From Eledone cirrhosa (lineage: Eukaryota), in contig OZ024766.1 in the NCBI GenBank assembly GCA_964016885.1, positions 4,774,001-4,838,000 on the forward strand: a stretch of DNA of 64,000 bases. The letters are read 5' to 3'. Shown here piece after piece: positions 12,299-25,275 of this stretch. The position numbers were made by a program, and so were the translations under genes. Within the stretch, counting starts at the first letter, position 1, and each line of letters opens with the position of its first letter. The notes under the pieces were generated by a model. It made no database searches and had not been told where the DNA came from. It saw nothing but the letters and a program-made list of their open reading frames with translations.

Positions 12299-12808
12299 TG
12301 GTCTGGTGTGTTCGCTCTGTTTAAAGGAGGAGAGATAAAACTCCAGGAGTCTATCAAGGCCCTCAACGCGACCTCCGACCTCCAAAATATTGACTGCATG
12401 TCCAAAAAGGTCAACAGTGAAATTAAGGTTAGCAGATCGGGGGGAGAAAGATTTGGACGAGAAGATGACATTGCTGTCCAGCTTGGCCCCAGCGTTAAGG
12501 GTATCGAAGAAGAACGACCCTTCGTAGTTACGCGAGAACTTGCGGTTGTCAAGGTTGAATTCCTTCTTCAGTTGCTCGTCTTCCAGGATCTCTCGGATCT
12601 CCTGCATGTGGGGGTCGGACGTTTCCATCAGGTTGGTCAAGTGCGACCAGACGAAGGAACCGACCTGGTTCGACGTTTCTCTTTCCAGCATCTCTTTCAC
12701 TTGCATCAGCATCATCCTGCTCGGACACTTCATCAGGGCGATGTAGGCGTTGATACGGAGCTCGGAGTCTTCGGTCTTGTCACGGAAAACTCCCATCAGG
12801 TCTGAGTG
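12299..12808 (-). CDS. Apolipophorin-like exon 10 (EDSELRINAY...NQVGSFVWSHL...RKFSRNYE...PRSANLNFTVDLFG..NILEVGGRVEGL)
   Basis: 510 nt, phase 0-0. Several strongly conserved apolipophorin motifs (QVGSFVWSHL, FSRN, PRS, LExGxRxEGL). Confidence 0.95.
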
Positions 12809-12812
12809 CTGA

Positions 12813-12861
<49 letters not shown>

Positions 12862-12863
<2 letters not shown>

Positions 12864-13190
12864 TGGAAAAATGTGGAAATTGAGAACAAAAACAATACCA
12901 GTGGTTGTAGGCGCTCTGGGAATGATACCTAAGGGGTCTAATGATTACTTATCGCAAATCCCAGGAAACCCGCGTATAGGAGAAATACAAAAGATAGTAC
13001 TAATGGGGACTGCCCATATACTAAGGAAGATTCTGTCAATATAAGTACATCACAAGTCAAAACACTAAAGATGCATGTGTGAGTATGTATGTTCTTTCTT
13101 GAACATGGCGGACATTGTTGTCTCTTAAGGTCACTGGTTGTGACTTGGTGATAACTCGTATGGACATAAAGCAAGATAAATGCAACTGTA
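12862..13190 (+). mobile_element. R4/Dong-clade LINE 3' end inserted in (TAA)n
   Basis: Translates IGKMWKLRTKTIPVVVGALGMI...IQKIVLMGTAHILRKILSI* (REL-endonuclease C-terminus). (TAA)n on both sides, the known Dong target. Confidence 0.8.
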
Positions 13191-13207
13191 ATAATAATAA
13201 TAATGTT

Positions 13208-14257
13208 TTCTTTATTAACCACAAGCGTTTACATAAATAGACATTAAGGACAGTACAGGACAATACAGGACGGTACAAATGGGCATTTCTGCGTGTAATG
13301 CTTTCTTTATTAACCACAAGGGTTTACATAAAGTAGACATTAAGGACAGTACAGGACAATACAGGACGGTACAAATGGGCATTTCTGCGTGTAATGCTTT
13401 CTTTATTAACAACAAGGGTTTACATAAAGTAGACATTAAGGACAGTACAGGACAATACAGGACGGTACAAATGGGCATTTCTGCGTGTAATGCTTTCTTT
13501 ATTAACCACAAGGGTTTACATAAAGTAGACATTAAGGACAGTACAGGACAATACAGGACGGTACAAATGGGCATTTCTGCGTGTAATGCTTTCTCTATTA
13601 ACCACAAGGGTTTACATAAAGTAGACATTAAGGACAGTACAGGACAATACAGGACGGTACAAATGGGCATTTCTGCGTGTAATGCTTTCTCTATTAACCA
13701 CAAGGGTTTACATAAAGTAGACATTAAGGACAGTACAGGACAATACAGGACGGTACAAATGGGCATTTCTGCGTGTAATGCTTTCTTTATTAACCACAAG
13801 GGTTTACATAAAGTAGACATTAAGGACAGTACAGGACAATACAGGACGGTACAAATGGGCATTTCTGCGTGTAATGCTTTCTCTATTAACCACAAGGGTT
13901 TACATAAAGTAGACATTAAGGACAGTACAGGACAATACAGGACGGTACAAATGGGCATTTCTGCGTGTAATGCTTTCTTTATTAACCACAAGGGTTTACA
14001 TAAAGTAGACATTAAGGACAGTACAGGACAATACAGGACGGTACAAATGGGCATTTCTGCGTGTAATGCTTTCTCTATTAACCACAAGGGTTTACATAAA
14101 GTAGACATTAAGGACAGTACAGGACAGTACAGGACGGTACAAATGGGCATTTCTGCGTGTAATGCTTTCTCTATTAACCACAAGGGTTTACATAAAGTAG
14201 ACATTAAGGACAGTACAGGACAATACAGGGCGGTACAAATGGGCATTTCTGCGTGTA
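13208..14257. repeat. 96-bp x ~11 tandem array
   Basis: Unit is attaaccacaagggtttacataaagtagacattaaggacagtacagg...; copies near identical. Confidence 0.95.
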
Positions 14258-14302
14258 AAAAAAACAGATAGATATGTAATAAAAGTGTTGTACTAAACTG
14301 AC

Positions 14303-14623
14303 CGATGCGTGGCAGGGAATTCGACGGAAGGCATCAATTGCGGAAACTCTGACTTCCATTGGGTTGCTCTGCCGAGTGAAACATTGAGCCAGTCGAGCAA
14401 CGGCCTGGGTGGAATGTCCGATGTTTCCGAGAGCTCGGAGGGCGTGGATCATCTTCGGATCATCAGCTCGGTCACATTTTCCAATAAATTGCAGTAATTT
14501 GTTGACCATATTGTTTATCTCGTCATCTTGACCACAGTTGTGGTTGACATGACAGTAGCCACTGGCTAAGGAGGAGATGGCAAGGATGGATTGTCCTGAG
14601 ATATCGCTGTCGTCCAGAAGAGG
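14303..14623 (-). CDS. Apolipophorin-like exon 9 (PLLDDS...ALRALGNIG...VRVSAIDAFRRIPCHAS); exon 8 not visible
   Basis: 321 nt, phase 0-0. LxALGNxG and VRxxAIxAFRRxPC motifs of the LLT helical domain. Confidence 0.92.
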
Positions 14624-14723
14624 CTGGGCAGAGAGAAAACAACAGTTAAATAAATAAGTGTGTGTATATATATATATATATATAGTGTGTGTGTGTGTAT
14701 ATATGTGTGTATATATATATATT

Positions 14724-14769
<46 letters not shown>

Positions 14770-14877
14770 ATAATATATATAATATATAATATATATATAT
14801 ATATAATATATAATATATATAATATATAATATATATATATATATAATATATAATATATATATATATATATATAATAT

Positions 14878-14938
<61 letters not shown>

Positions 14939-14964
14939 TAATATATATATAATATATATAATAT

Positions 14965-15060
<96 letters not shown>

Positions 15061-15136
15061 TATAATATATATATATAATATATATATAATATATATATAA
15101 TATATATATAATATATATATATAATATATATATATA

Positions 15137-15217
<81 letters not shown>

Positions 15218-15226
15218 TATATATAA

Positions 15227-15426
15227 NNNNNNNNNNNNNNNNNNNNNNNNNNNNNNNNNNNNNNNNNNNNNNNNNNNNNNNNNNNNNNNNNNNNNNNNNN
15301 NNNNNNNNNNNNNNNNNNNNNNNNNNNNNNNNNNNNNNNNNNNNNNNNNNNNNNNNNNNNNNNNNNNNNNNNNNNNNNNNNNNNNNNNNNNNNNNNNNNN
15401 NNNNNNNNNNNNNNNNNNNNNNNNNN
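15227..15426. other. Assembly gap (200 N)
   Basis: Run of n following about 500 bp of (TA)n/(TAA) microsatellite. Confidence 1.
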
Positions 15427-15851
15427 ATATTTATTAAAATAACAGATTAAAGTTTAAGCAAAGAATCGCTGCTTTCACCCTTAACGGGTATTTGATATAT
15501 ATTTTCCTTATCGAGCCCTCTTTGGATTTTAGTCTTCAATTTTATTATTATTACTATATATATACATATATATATATTGAGTTGAGTGCTTCTAATCTAT
15601 TGTAATATTATATTCGTTGAGTAATCAACGAACCATATTAATCTTTTGTTATATATATATATATATACATTGTGGTTTAATGGGGGGAGCTAAAGGGGTC
15701 ACGCCCCGCCCCCCCCCACCACAGTCTACATCCAACCCTGTCTGTCACAAAAAAAAAAAAAGGGGAATAAACAAAAGTAAGACTAAATTCATATGATGAA
15801 AAGGCCAAACTAAAGTAGGACTAAAACCATAAAATGGCTGCAAACACTAAC

Positions 15852-16107
15852 TTGGTTCTTTCAGTGTTCTTTTGGCAGAAACTGGCTCTGGAGATAGTGT
15901 TGTAGATTCTACGGAGGGTTTCATAGTCAGCATCTCTGATTGTCTGAATCAATTCGTTCATCATGGTTGGCAACTCTGGCCTAATGTCAACCGACATTTT
16001 CTGGCAGAATCCGAGGACGTTGGAGAGAATGGCTTGTTCTGTGTCCCGTTGGTTGACAGATCCGTGTTGGTGCTGAAACAAGAGATTTGTCCGGTAGCTG
16101 AAACCTT
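15852..16107 (-). CDS. Apolipophorin-like exon 7 (GFSYRTNLLFQH...FCQKNTERTK)
   Basis: 256 nt, phase 1-2, AG/GT ends. Start of the alpha-helical subdomain. Confidence 0.88.
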
Positions 16108-16156
16108 CTGGAAAAGATAGAAAGATGAATTATTTTTTAGTTGTTATATATGTATG

Positions 16157-16223
<67 letters not shown>

Positions 16224-16633
16224 TTATTAAAATAACAGATTAAAGTTTAAGCAAATTATTTTAATAAATATTTGCTCTACGGTTCTTATATATTTGATAT
16301 ATATTTATCCTTATCGAGCCCTCATTGGATTTTAGTCTTCAAATTTATTATTATTACTATATATATATATATATACGTTAGAATATGTGTAATAAGGCCA
16401 AGACAATGCAGGTATGGACATAGAAAAAAGAATGCAATAATGAAAGATATTGATGTGAATTCGTCTTTCACCTTGAATTTATTTAAATGTCCTTAATTTT
16501 CGAGATAATATCTCTTCTTCGGAGGGAAGTAAAGGTCTCAAACCAGCGTCTTTAAATCTCTAATCAAGCCATGCTGACCGGAAATAGTATAGAGTATCTG
16601 TTCTAACTTTAATATCAAATATATATATATATA

Positions 16634-16955
16634 GTGGTTAGAGCATTGGGCTTGCAATCGAAAGGTTGTGAGTTCAATTCTCAGTTCAATTCTCAGACCG
16701 GGTGATGTGTTGTTTCCTTGAGCAAGACACTTTATTTCACATTGCTCCAGTTTACTCAGCTGTAAAAATGATATGATAGGGACTGGGGTCCCTATCATTC
16801 CACTGCAAAGTGGTCGTGGAGGTGCCACGGCAAAAAAGCACCCAGCACTCACTGTAAATGAGGTTGGTGTTAGGAAGGGCATCCAGCTGTAGAAATCACG
16901 CCAAAATCAGTTCCCGTCCCACCCTTGCAAGCAGGGACAAGCGGACGTAAAATGA
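16634..16955 (+). mobile_element. SINE family A, near full length with tRNA-like head
   Basis: agtggttagagc (A-box-like), gagttcaattc (B-box-like), same body and tail as other copies. Confidence 0.8.
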
Positions 16956-17116
16956 AAAAATGAAATGAATATATATATATAAGTAAGTATGTTTTGAAAC
17001 AGTGAGCAGGTTTGAAATTAGAAAATAGAATAGCTTTCATCTTATTTTTTGACTAAAGAAATTTTAGCCTGATAATGGGGTTTAGAACCCTCAGATAAAT
17101 GGAAAAAGATGAGTAT

Positions 17117-17188
17117 TGACGTACATGGGAGTCGAACCCACATCTTTGGTTATCCAGACCACTGTGTTACCATTTACACCAACACATC
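17117..17188 (-). pseudogene. tRNA-like cloverleaf (GGA at the anticodon position), probably repeat-derived
   Basis: GATGTGT/GTACGTC acceptor, GTGT/ACAC D-stem, GTGGG-TTCGACT-CCCAT T-arm, 72 nt, short variable loop. Confidence 0.55.
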
Positions 17189-17520
17189 ACCCATCTCCCT
17201 CCATTCATATTAGAAGCTACATCCTTAGCGAGTACAAATGACAAGTAAATATGTTTTGAAACAGGTGAGCAGGTTTTCGAATTATTTCTGATGAATCCAA
17301 TCATTTGTTCATATAATTGATTAACTAATAATTAGTTATATGTTTTATGAGATGGAAGAAACATGCGCTAAATAAAATATAATATAATTAACTGTCTTTG
17401 GTCTTCTTTTCAATGTGTGTGTGTGTATATATATATATATATGTATTTAATATATATATATCAATAAATATGTATATCAATATATATGTATGTATGTATA
17501 TATATATATCAATATATGTG

Positions 17521-17556
<36 letters not shown>

Positions 17557-17589
17557 TACATATATATGTATATATATATATATATATAT

Positions 17590-17716
17590 ACGTATGTTGA
17601 TGCCCTAAGGACAGACACTGGTCTATTGGAGACGCAGGACATGGCAGCGATAATGAGGGACAGAGACCGCTGGAAAGAACTCGTCCATGGATCTCAGGAA
17701 TTTTACCCGCCTTAGA
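17590..17716 (+). mobile_element. RTE LINE extreme 3' end
   Basis: [28 protein letters not shown]; same family as 2561-3786. Confidence 0.75.
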
Positions 17717-17816
17717 ATACGTACACATACATACACACACACACACACATATATATACGTACACATACATATATATACACACACACACATATATATATAT
17801 ATACGTACATATATAT

Positions 17817-17847
<31 letters not shown>

Positions 17848-17963
17848 CGTACACATACATATATATACACACACACACATATATATATTTGTTTGTGAGT
17901 GTTTAAATACCCTTCTTTCCCTAATATGCGACCAAAAATTTAAATATAAACACAATTTCTCAC

Positions 17964-18165
17964 CTGCAGTCATTCGACCAGCTCTCTTGACATTTGTGAA
18001 GGTCAGGACCTGTTTCTGTCTTGTCATGGCACCACTTTGACCATTGGAGAAGGGTCTGAGGACATGTTCCTCAACACACTCAGATCTTTGTAAGGTGTTA
18101 GATGAGGTTAAAAGAGTCTGGGTACATTGTTGATGGCTCTTCAAGAGAGGCAAGGACTTCACACT
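17964..18165 (-). CDS. Apolipophorin-like exon 6 (SVKSLPLLKSHQQCTQ...ECVEEHVLRPFSNGQSGAMT...)
   Basis: 202 nt, phase 0-1. CxExHxxRPFS..GA.T motif of apolipophorin/ApoB. Confidence 0.92.
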
Positions 18166-18209
18166 CTGAAATTAAACAATAACAACTGTTGTTATATATA
18201 TACACCCAG

Positions 18210-18245
<36 letters not shown>

Positions 18246-18656
18246 GGATGCGCAAAGAAGACAAAATAAAATAAGATAAACAAACAAGCAAATAAATAAA
18301 TAAATATATAGACAGACTGAACAAAAAAAAAAAAAAAATGGCGTAGACATACAACACAACAGGAGGAACAATGAATATAACACCACTGACGATGTTGCAG
18401 ATGTGCAACGAAAGATTTATGTAAATTATGTAAACTATATATATGTGTTTGTGTCTATATTGTATCTGTATTATTTTTGACCGTCGGTCAGTCAATGGCA
18501 ACATTGAGGACCGAGTAAGTTAGATCGCAGATATATATATATAAAAGACAGCGAGAAGCGAAAACCAACCAAACAGTGAGTGTGTTCTGTTATTAATTCT
18601 GGCAATATTACGCAAATATGACCCTCCCCAAATATAACTATATATATATATATATA

Positions 18657-18832
18657 TAGTTTTAATATAGATGAGATTCTACAGGACTAGAACTGTTTCA
18701 TTCTTTAGAAATCATCAGGAATCTGGGTATCAAAAAATAAATATGGTATTTATAGGTCTCTACAGATTCCTGATGATTTCTAAAGAATGAAACAGTCCTA
18801 GTCCTGTAGAATCTCATCTATATTAAAACTTT
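18657..18832. ncRNA. Inverted pair of hammerhead-like motifs (Penelope-like pseudo-LTR)
   Basis: Plus arm gattc-CTGATGA-tttctaaagaat-GAAA-cagtcctagtcctgTA-gaatc (18765-18813), mirrored on the minus strand at about 18674-18724. Confidence 0.55.
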
Positions 18833-18899
18833 TATACTCTGCAATGTATTGAGTACCTTACTTACTGTGGTTACCTCCGATTCAACCCGGAATAACGTA

Positions 18900-18936
<37 letters not shown>

Positions 18937-19016
18937 TCCAGTCCTACAAACTGTAGAGTGCTTCTTATCTGATATCTGCATTGCTTTATTGTACTACAAT
19001 AAAACTCACCTCCTAG

Positions 19017-19052
<36 letters not shown>

Positions 19053-19053
19053 C

Positions 19054-19308
19054 ATGTGTTGTTTCCTTGAGCAAGACACTTTATTTCACATTGCTCCAGT
19101 TTACTCAGCTGTAGAAATGAGATGATAGGGACTGGGGTCCCTATCATTCCACTGCAAAGTGGTCGTGGAGGTGCCACGGCAAAAAAGCACCCAGCACTCA
19201 CTGTAAATGAGGTTGGTGTTAGGAAGGGCATCCAGCTGTAGAAATCAAGCCAGAATCAGTTCCCGTCCCACCCTTGCAAGCAGGGAAAAGCGGACATAAA
19301 ACGATGAT
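19054..19308 (+). mobile_element. SINE family A, 5'-truncated
   Basis: Near identity to 10070-10325. Confidence 0.8.
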
Positions 19309-19347
<39 letters not shown>

Positions 19348-19419
19348 CATGTTGATATATATAAATATATATATATACACCCTCTTGATAAATATACACC
19401 CAGCATATAAACATATACA

Positions 19420-20990
19420 CCATCCAACCATCTTTGCTCAGAGTCTACCCCTAGGTCTCCTGCCGGTTGGTTTTGCCTGTAAATTCTGTCCAGCGATTCT
19501 CTCCTGAGACATTCTAACCACATGTCTGTAGTATCAGAGCTGTGATCTCTCAATTCAGAGATTCTTTCTTGAGACATTCTAACCACATGTCTGTAGTATC
19601 AGAGCTGTGATCTCTCAATCCAGAGATTCTTTCCTGAGACATTCTAACCACATGTCTGTAGTATCGGAGCTGTGATCTCTCAATCCAGAGATTCTTTCCT
19701 GAGACATTCTAACCACATATCTGTAGTATCAGAGCTGTGGTCTCTCAATTCAGAGATTCTTTCCTGAGACATTCTAACCACATGTCTGTAGTATCGGAGC
19801 TGTGATCTCTCAATCCAGAGATTCTTTCCTGAGACATTCTAACCACATGTCTGGAGTATCAGAGCTGTGATCTCTCAATTCAGAGATTCTTTCCTGAGAC
19901 ATTCTAACCACATGTCTGTAGTATCAGAGCTGTGGTCTCTCAATTCAGAGATTCTTTCCTGAGACATTCTAACCACATGTCTGTAGTATCGGAGCTGTGA
20001 TCTCTCAATCCAGAGATTCTTTCCTGAGACATTCTAACCACATGTCTGTAGTATCAGAGCTGTGGTCTCTCAATTCAGAGATTCTTTCCTGAGACATTCT
20101 AACCACATGTCTGTAGTATCAGAGCTGTGATCTCTCAATCCAGAGATTCTTTCCTGAGACATTCTAACCACATGTCTGTAGTATCAGAGCTGTGATCTCT
20201 CAATTCAGAGATTCTTTCCTGAGACATTCTAACCACATGTCTGTAGTATCAGAGCTGTGATCTCTCAATTCAGAGATTCTTTCCTGAGACATTCTAACCA
20301 CATGTCTGTAGTATCAGAGCTGTGGTCTCTCAATTCAGAGATTCTTTCCTGAGACATTCTAACCACATGTCTGTAGTATCAGAGCTGTGATCTCTCAATT
20401 CAGAGATTCTTTCCTGAGACATTCTAACCACATGTCTGTAGTATCGGAGCTGTGATCTCTCAATCCAGAGATTCTTTCCTGAGACATTCTAACCACATGT
20501 CTGTAGTATCAGAGCTGTGGTCTCTCAATTCAGAGATTCTTTCCTGAGACATTCTAACCACATGTCTGTAGTATCAGAGCTGTGATCTCTCAATTCAGAG
20601 ATTCTTTCCTGAGACATTCTAACCACATGTCTGGAGTATCAGAGCTGTGATCTCTCAATTCAGAGATTCTTTCCTGAGACATTCTAACCACATGTCTGGA
20701 GTATCAGAGCTGTGATCTCTCAATTCAGAGATTCTTTCCTGAGACATTCTAACCACATGTCTGTAGTATCAGAGCTGTGATCTCTCAATTCAGAGATTCT
20801 TTCCTCAGACATTCTAACCACATGTCTGTAGTATCAGAGCTGTGATCTCTCAATTCAGAGATTCTTTCCTGAGACATTCTAACCACATGTCTGGAGTATC
20901 AGAGCTGTGGTCTCTCAATTCAGAGATTCTTTCCTGAGACATTCTAACCACATGTCTGTAGTATCAGAGCTGTGATCTCTCAATTCAGAG
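19420..20990 (-). repeat. 61-bp x ~24 tandem array derived from an RTE-like LINE 3' coding region
   Basis: Unit is gattctttcctgagacattctaaccacatgtctgtagtatcagagctgtgatctctcaattcaga. Flank encodes QAKPTGRRPRGR; homologous to 35140-35250. Confidence 0.9.
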
Positions 20991-21074
20991 AAGTAGTGTC
21001 TCTACCTGGAGTGACTCTCTCATCTCCAGGCTAGATCAGTCCAGACTGATTGACAGTCAGGTAGATAGACAGAC

Positions 21075-22056
21075 AGTTAGACTGACAGATAGATATATTT
21101 CTTTATTTGCCACAAGGGCGCACAAGAAAAGGGGACAATACATGGACATATGCCGGGGATTTTACATACAATTGTATAACAAATTTTAACATACAAATTC
21201 AACAATTGAAATCCCCAATAGGGGGGAGGCGCCACAAATAGGTTGTTTAATACCCCGTAGGTAGAACAACCCTCAACTCCAGGAGCGTGTTGTGCAAGTG
21301 CTCCTTTCTTTCTTTTGCTCTCCTCTTCCACCTACAGGCTTATATACAGAGAAGGCCCAATCACTCGGGCCATTTTCGCTTCATTCACCCACCTTTCAGT
21401 AAATTTACTGGGGTGCAGTGCCTCTCTCTCCACTCTGATTCTCCTTCTAAAGTGGTACCTAAAGAAGGGAATGAGTTGTTGTCCGGAGAGAAAGGCATCT
21501 GTCCTCAGTCCTCTCAACCTCGTCCACCATATAACACCTTTCAGTAAATTTACTGGGGTGCAGTGCCTCTCTCTCCACCCTGATTCTCCTTCTAAAGTGG
21601 TACCTAAAGAAGGGAATGAGTTGTTGTCCGGAGAGAAAGGCATCTGTCCTCAGTCCTCTCAACCTCGTCCACCATATAACACCTTTCAGTAAATTTACTG
21701 GGGTGCAGTGCCTCTCTCTCCACCCTGATTCTCCTTCTAAAGTGGTACCTAAAGAAGGGAATGAGTTGTTGTCCGGAGAGAAAGGCATCTGTCCTCAGTC
21801 CTCTCAACCTCGTCCACCATATAACACCTTTCAGTAAATTTACTGGGGGGCAGTGCCTCTCTCTCCACCCTGATTCTCCTTCTAAAGTGGTACCTAAAGA
21901 AGGGAATGAGTTGTTGTCCGGAGAGAAAGGCATCTGTCCTCAGTCCTCTCAATCTCGTCCACCATATAACACCTTTCAGTAAACTTACTGGGGTGCAGTG
22001 CCTCTCTCTCCACTGTGTTCTCCTTCTAAAGTGGTACCTAAAGAAGGGAATGAGTT
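21075..22056 (-). mobile_element. Tx1/L1-like LINE 3' end with 145-bp x ~4.5 array
   Basis: VIWWTRLRGL...FFRYHFRRRIRVERE...WVN ORF end, 3' UTR, AATAAA and (TATC)n tail. Confidence 0.7.
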
Positions 22057-22202
22057 AGATAGATAGATAGATAGATTCTCCTTCTGAAGTGGTCCCTAAA
22101 GAAGGGAATGAGTTGTTGTCCGGAGAGAGAAAGGTAGATAGGCAGTGAGACAGACACACAATCAGACACATAGACAGATAGACAGAGAGAGAGACTACTT
22201 AC

Positions 22203-22355
22203 AGAAGCAATGTTGTATTTGACGGACTGCATAGCAACACTGTATGATTGACGGTCAGTACAGTCGAGAAGATCTTTGTCCTTCTGTACTGTTCGGCTTC
22301 TTCCATCGTTGCGAATCACTGCGTACTTGGTTGAGCAACTGCCCACTATATCGGT
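22203..22355 (-). CDS. Apolipophorin-like exon 5 (TDIVGSCSTKY...KDKDLLDCTDR...NIAS)
   Basis: 153 nt, phase 0-0. E|TDxxGxCxTxY and KxKDLxxC motifs of Vitellogenin_N. Confidence 0.92.
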
Positions 22356-22729
22356 CTGGAAATAGAAATCATAAATACCGTTATATATATATATATATGT
22401 GTGTATATATGTGTGTGTATGTATGTATGTATGTGTGTATGTCAGGTCACCAGTCGGTGCTACTGGTAACATGTATCCCAGTACAACCTGTCTCGTGGTC
22501 GGGTCGTTGGCGACTAAACTGGCAACCCCACCAAGGTTTCTTGGTGAGGAGGGTGACTTTGGACATCCTGCAGGACTAAAAACAAAATCTGTCAAAGGGT
22601 AAAGGAGCACTTAAGAGTCAATGGCCATCCAAAATCACCGGGAGAGATGACCCCTTAGCCTTTGTCAAGGCAGAATTCTAGGGGAAGGAAAACTCTGATA
22701 TAACACCTGCAACCCTGATGGTATCCAAT

Positions 22730-23050
22730 GATGTTGACTTGTTCTTCTTTTTGGTAAATATTATCTTGGTTAAGAGGGTGGGACTGGCTTTGTGCAGTGC
22801 CTTTGCTCACTATAAAAGCTCCACGGCACAGGCATTGCTTTATATCTGGAGATCTCTCTGCACTTGTCGTCACATGGTACCATGGGCCCAGCACTATGTG
22901 TCAATAATTGTCACAGGTGTAGTGTTTGTACCAGAGTTTTCAAGTCGCTGGCTGGACTAATAAGTCACACTCGTTCAGCGCATCGGTAGGGGTTCTCCTA
23001 CATGGATATAAAGTAGTGGCCGTACTCGAAAACGAGTTGGCAGCCACCAT
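22730..23050. repeat. Dispersed ~320-bp repeat (second copy 44380-44700)
   Basis: Near-identical direct copies with the same ends. Confidence 0.9.
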
Positions 23051-24274
23051 GTATGTGTGTATATTATTGTTATTATTATTATTATTATTATTGTTATTAA
23101 TGTATGTGTGTGTATATGTGTGAGTGAGTATGTGTGTGTGTGTGTATATGTATGTATATGTATACCCCCCACACACACCTTCCTGAACATGCAACCCCGT
23201 TCTTCCCCCAACCCTCACTTTCACACACACACACACGCACACCTAACCACACACACCACCTTCAGCCCTCCCCGCTCGGACACCCCGTCTCCCTCTCCCC
23301 ACTCCACCCGCCACCACCTCTACTCACCCCACACCCTTCCACCACCTGTTTACCCCCCTTTTAATTTCAGTTTATTTTGATCATGCCTTTATTTTTAAAT
23401 TTTCTCATTCCTTGTATTTTGATCATGCTTTATTTTTATTTATTATTTATTATATTTTTGTCTTTATTTGTTAATTTTTCATTCGCACCGTTTCCTTTCG
23501 CTATATGTCTCTCCACCACTCCCCTACACACCTTTTGAACTCTCACCTGAAGAAGGGCTTATGCCCGAAACGTCGTCCCCCACCTACCCCCCCCCCCTCT
23601 CCTGAGCGTGAATTCAATAAACATTTGTCGTACTGCCTCTCTGTTCTGTCCCTGTTCAATTTTTCATTATATATATATATATATATATGCTAGAGTAAAC
23701 CTCTTCAAATGAAGTTGATGTTTATTACGGTATGTCGAATATATTTATCTATAAAACTGTTTATATTGTATTTTGTCTGATGAAGGCATAGCATATTGTT
23801 AATATGATATCCCCGAAATATATATAATGAAATAGATATGGTTTTATAAATATAGTTTTCCATTTATTTAATATTGTATATATATATATATATATTTCTT
23901 TTTTTTTTTCTTTTCTTTTTATTTATTTATTATTATTATCTTTTTTTTTCTTTCTCCTCGTGCAATGGCCATACTCGATAATGAGGGGGCAGCCATCATG
24001 TGTGTATATATGTATGTATGTATGTATGTGTCTATACATATGTGTGTATGTATGTGTGTGTGTATATATGTGTGTGTATGTATGTGTGTGTGTGTATATG
24101 TGTGTATGTATGTATATATATATGTGTGTATGTATGTATGTATATATATATGCGTGTGTATGTATGTATGTGTATATATATATATAAATATATATATGTA
24201 TATATATGTGTGTGTATGTATGTATGTGTATATATATATATGTATATGTATGTATATATATGTGTGTGTATGTA

Positions 24275-24308
<34 letters not shown>

Positions 24309-24338
24309 AATATATCAGTATAGATATGTAGTTTAATG

Positions 24339-24370
<32 letters not shown>

Positions 24371-24575
24371 TATATACACACACATATATATGTACACACA
24401 TATATATACATATATACACACACATATATATATATACATATATACACATACATATATATATACACACACACATATATATATACACACACACACATATATA
24501 CACACATATATATATACACACACATATATATATATACACACATATATATATATATACACACATATATATATATAT

Positions 24576-24608
<33 letters not shown>

Positions 24609-24827
24609 CACACATATATATACACACATATATATGTACACACATATATATACATATATACACACACATATATATATATACATATATACACATACATATA
24701 TATATACACACACACATATATATATACACACACACACATATATACACACATATATATATACACACACATATATATATATACACACACACATATATATATA
24801 TATATACACACATATATATATATATAT

Positions 24828-24872
<45 letters not shown>

Positions 24873-24961
24873 TATACACACATATATATACACACACACA
24901 TATATATACACACATATATATACACACACACACATATATATACATATATATATCTACGTAC

Positions 24962-25186
24962 CTCAGTAAGAGTGACATCTATATCAAAAGAGTCCATGGA
25001 GTTCTGGAAGGCTGACAAGATACCCCGTTTCATGTTCAACACCCAGGCAGGCTCCCCAGACTGGGGACAGACCTGTTCAATACGACCGTCCTGGAAGGCA
25101 AACCTCAGGGGGTGGGCTGCGAGGGCTTCGGTGAACCTCTGGCTCCGGGAACCATCTTTGGAGTTCAAGTCTTTCACATCGGTGAT
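24962..25186 (-). CDS. Apolipophorin-like exon 4 (ITDVKD...PLRFAFQDGRIEQVCP...WVLNMKRGILSAFQN...TE)
   Basis: 225 nt, phase 0-0. Contains the WxLNxKRGILS motif diagnostic of LLTPs. Confidence 0.93.
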
Positions 25187-25231
25187 CTGTGGCGAGAGAG
25201 GGACCAATGTATTGATCGGTATTGATTTGAT

Positions 25232-25275
<44 letters not shown>

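Noticed and set aside
13215-14271. 330/343-aa repeat ORFs in the 96-bp array
   Set aside because: Unit length is divisible by 3, so open frames arise on both strands. Intronic, with no coding flanks or splice support.
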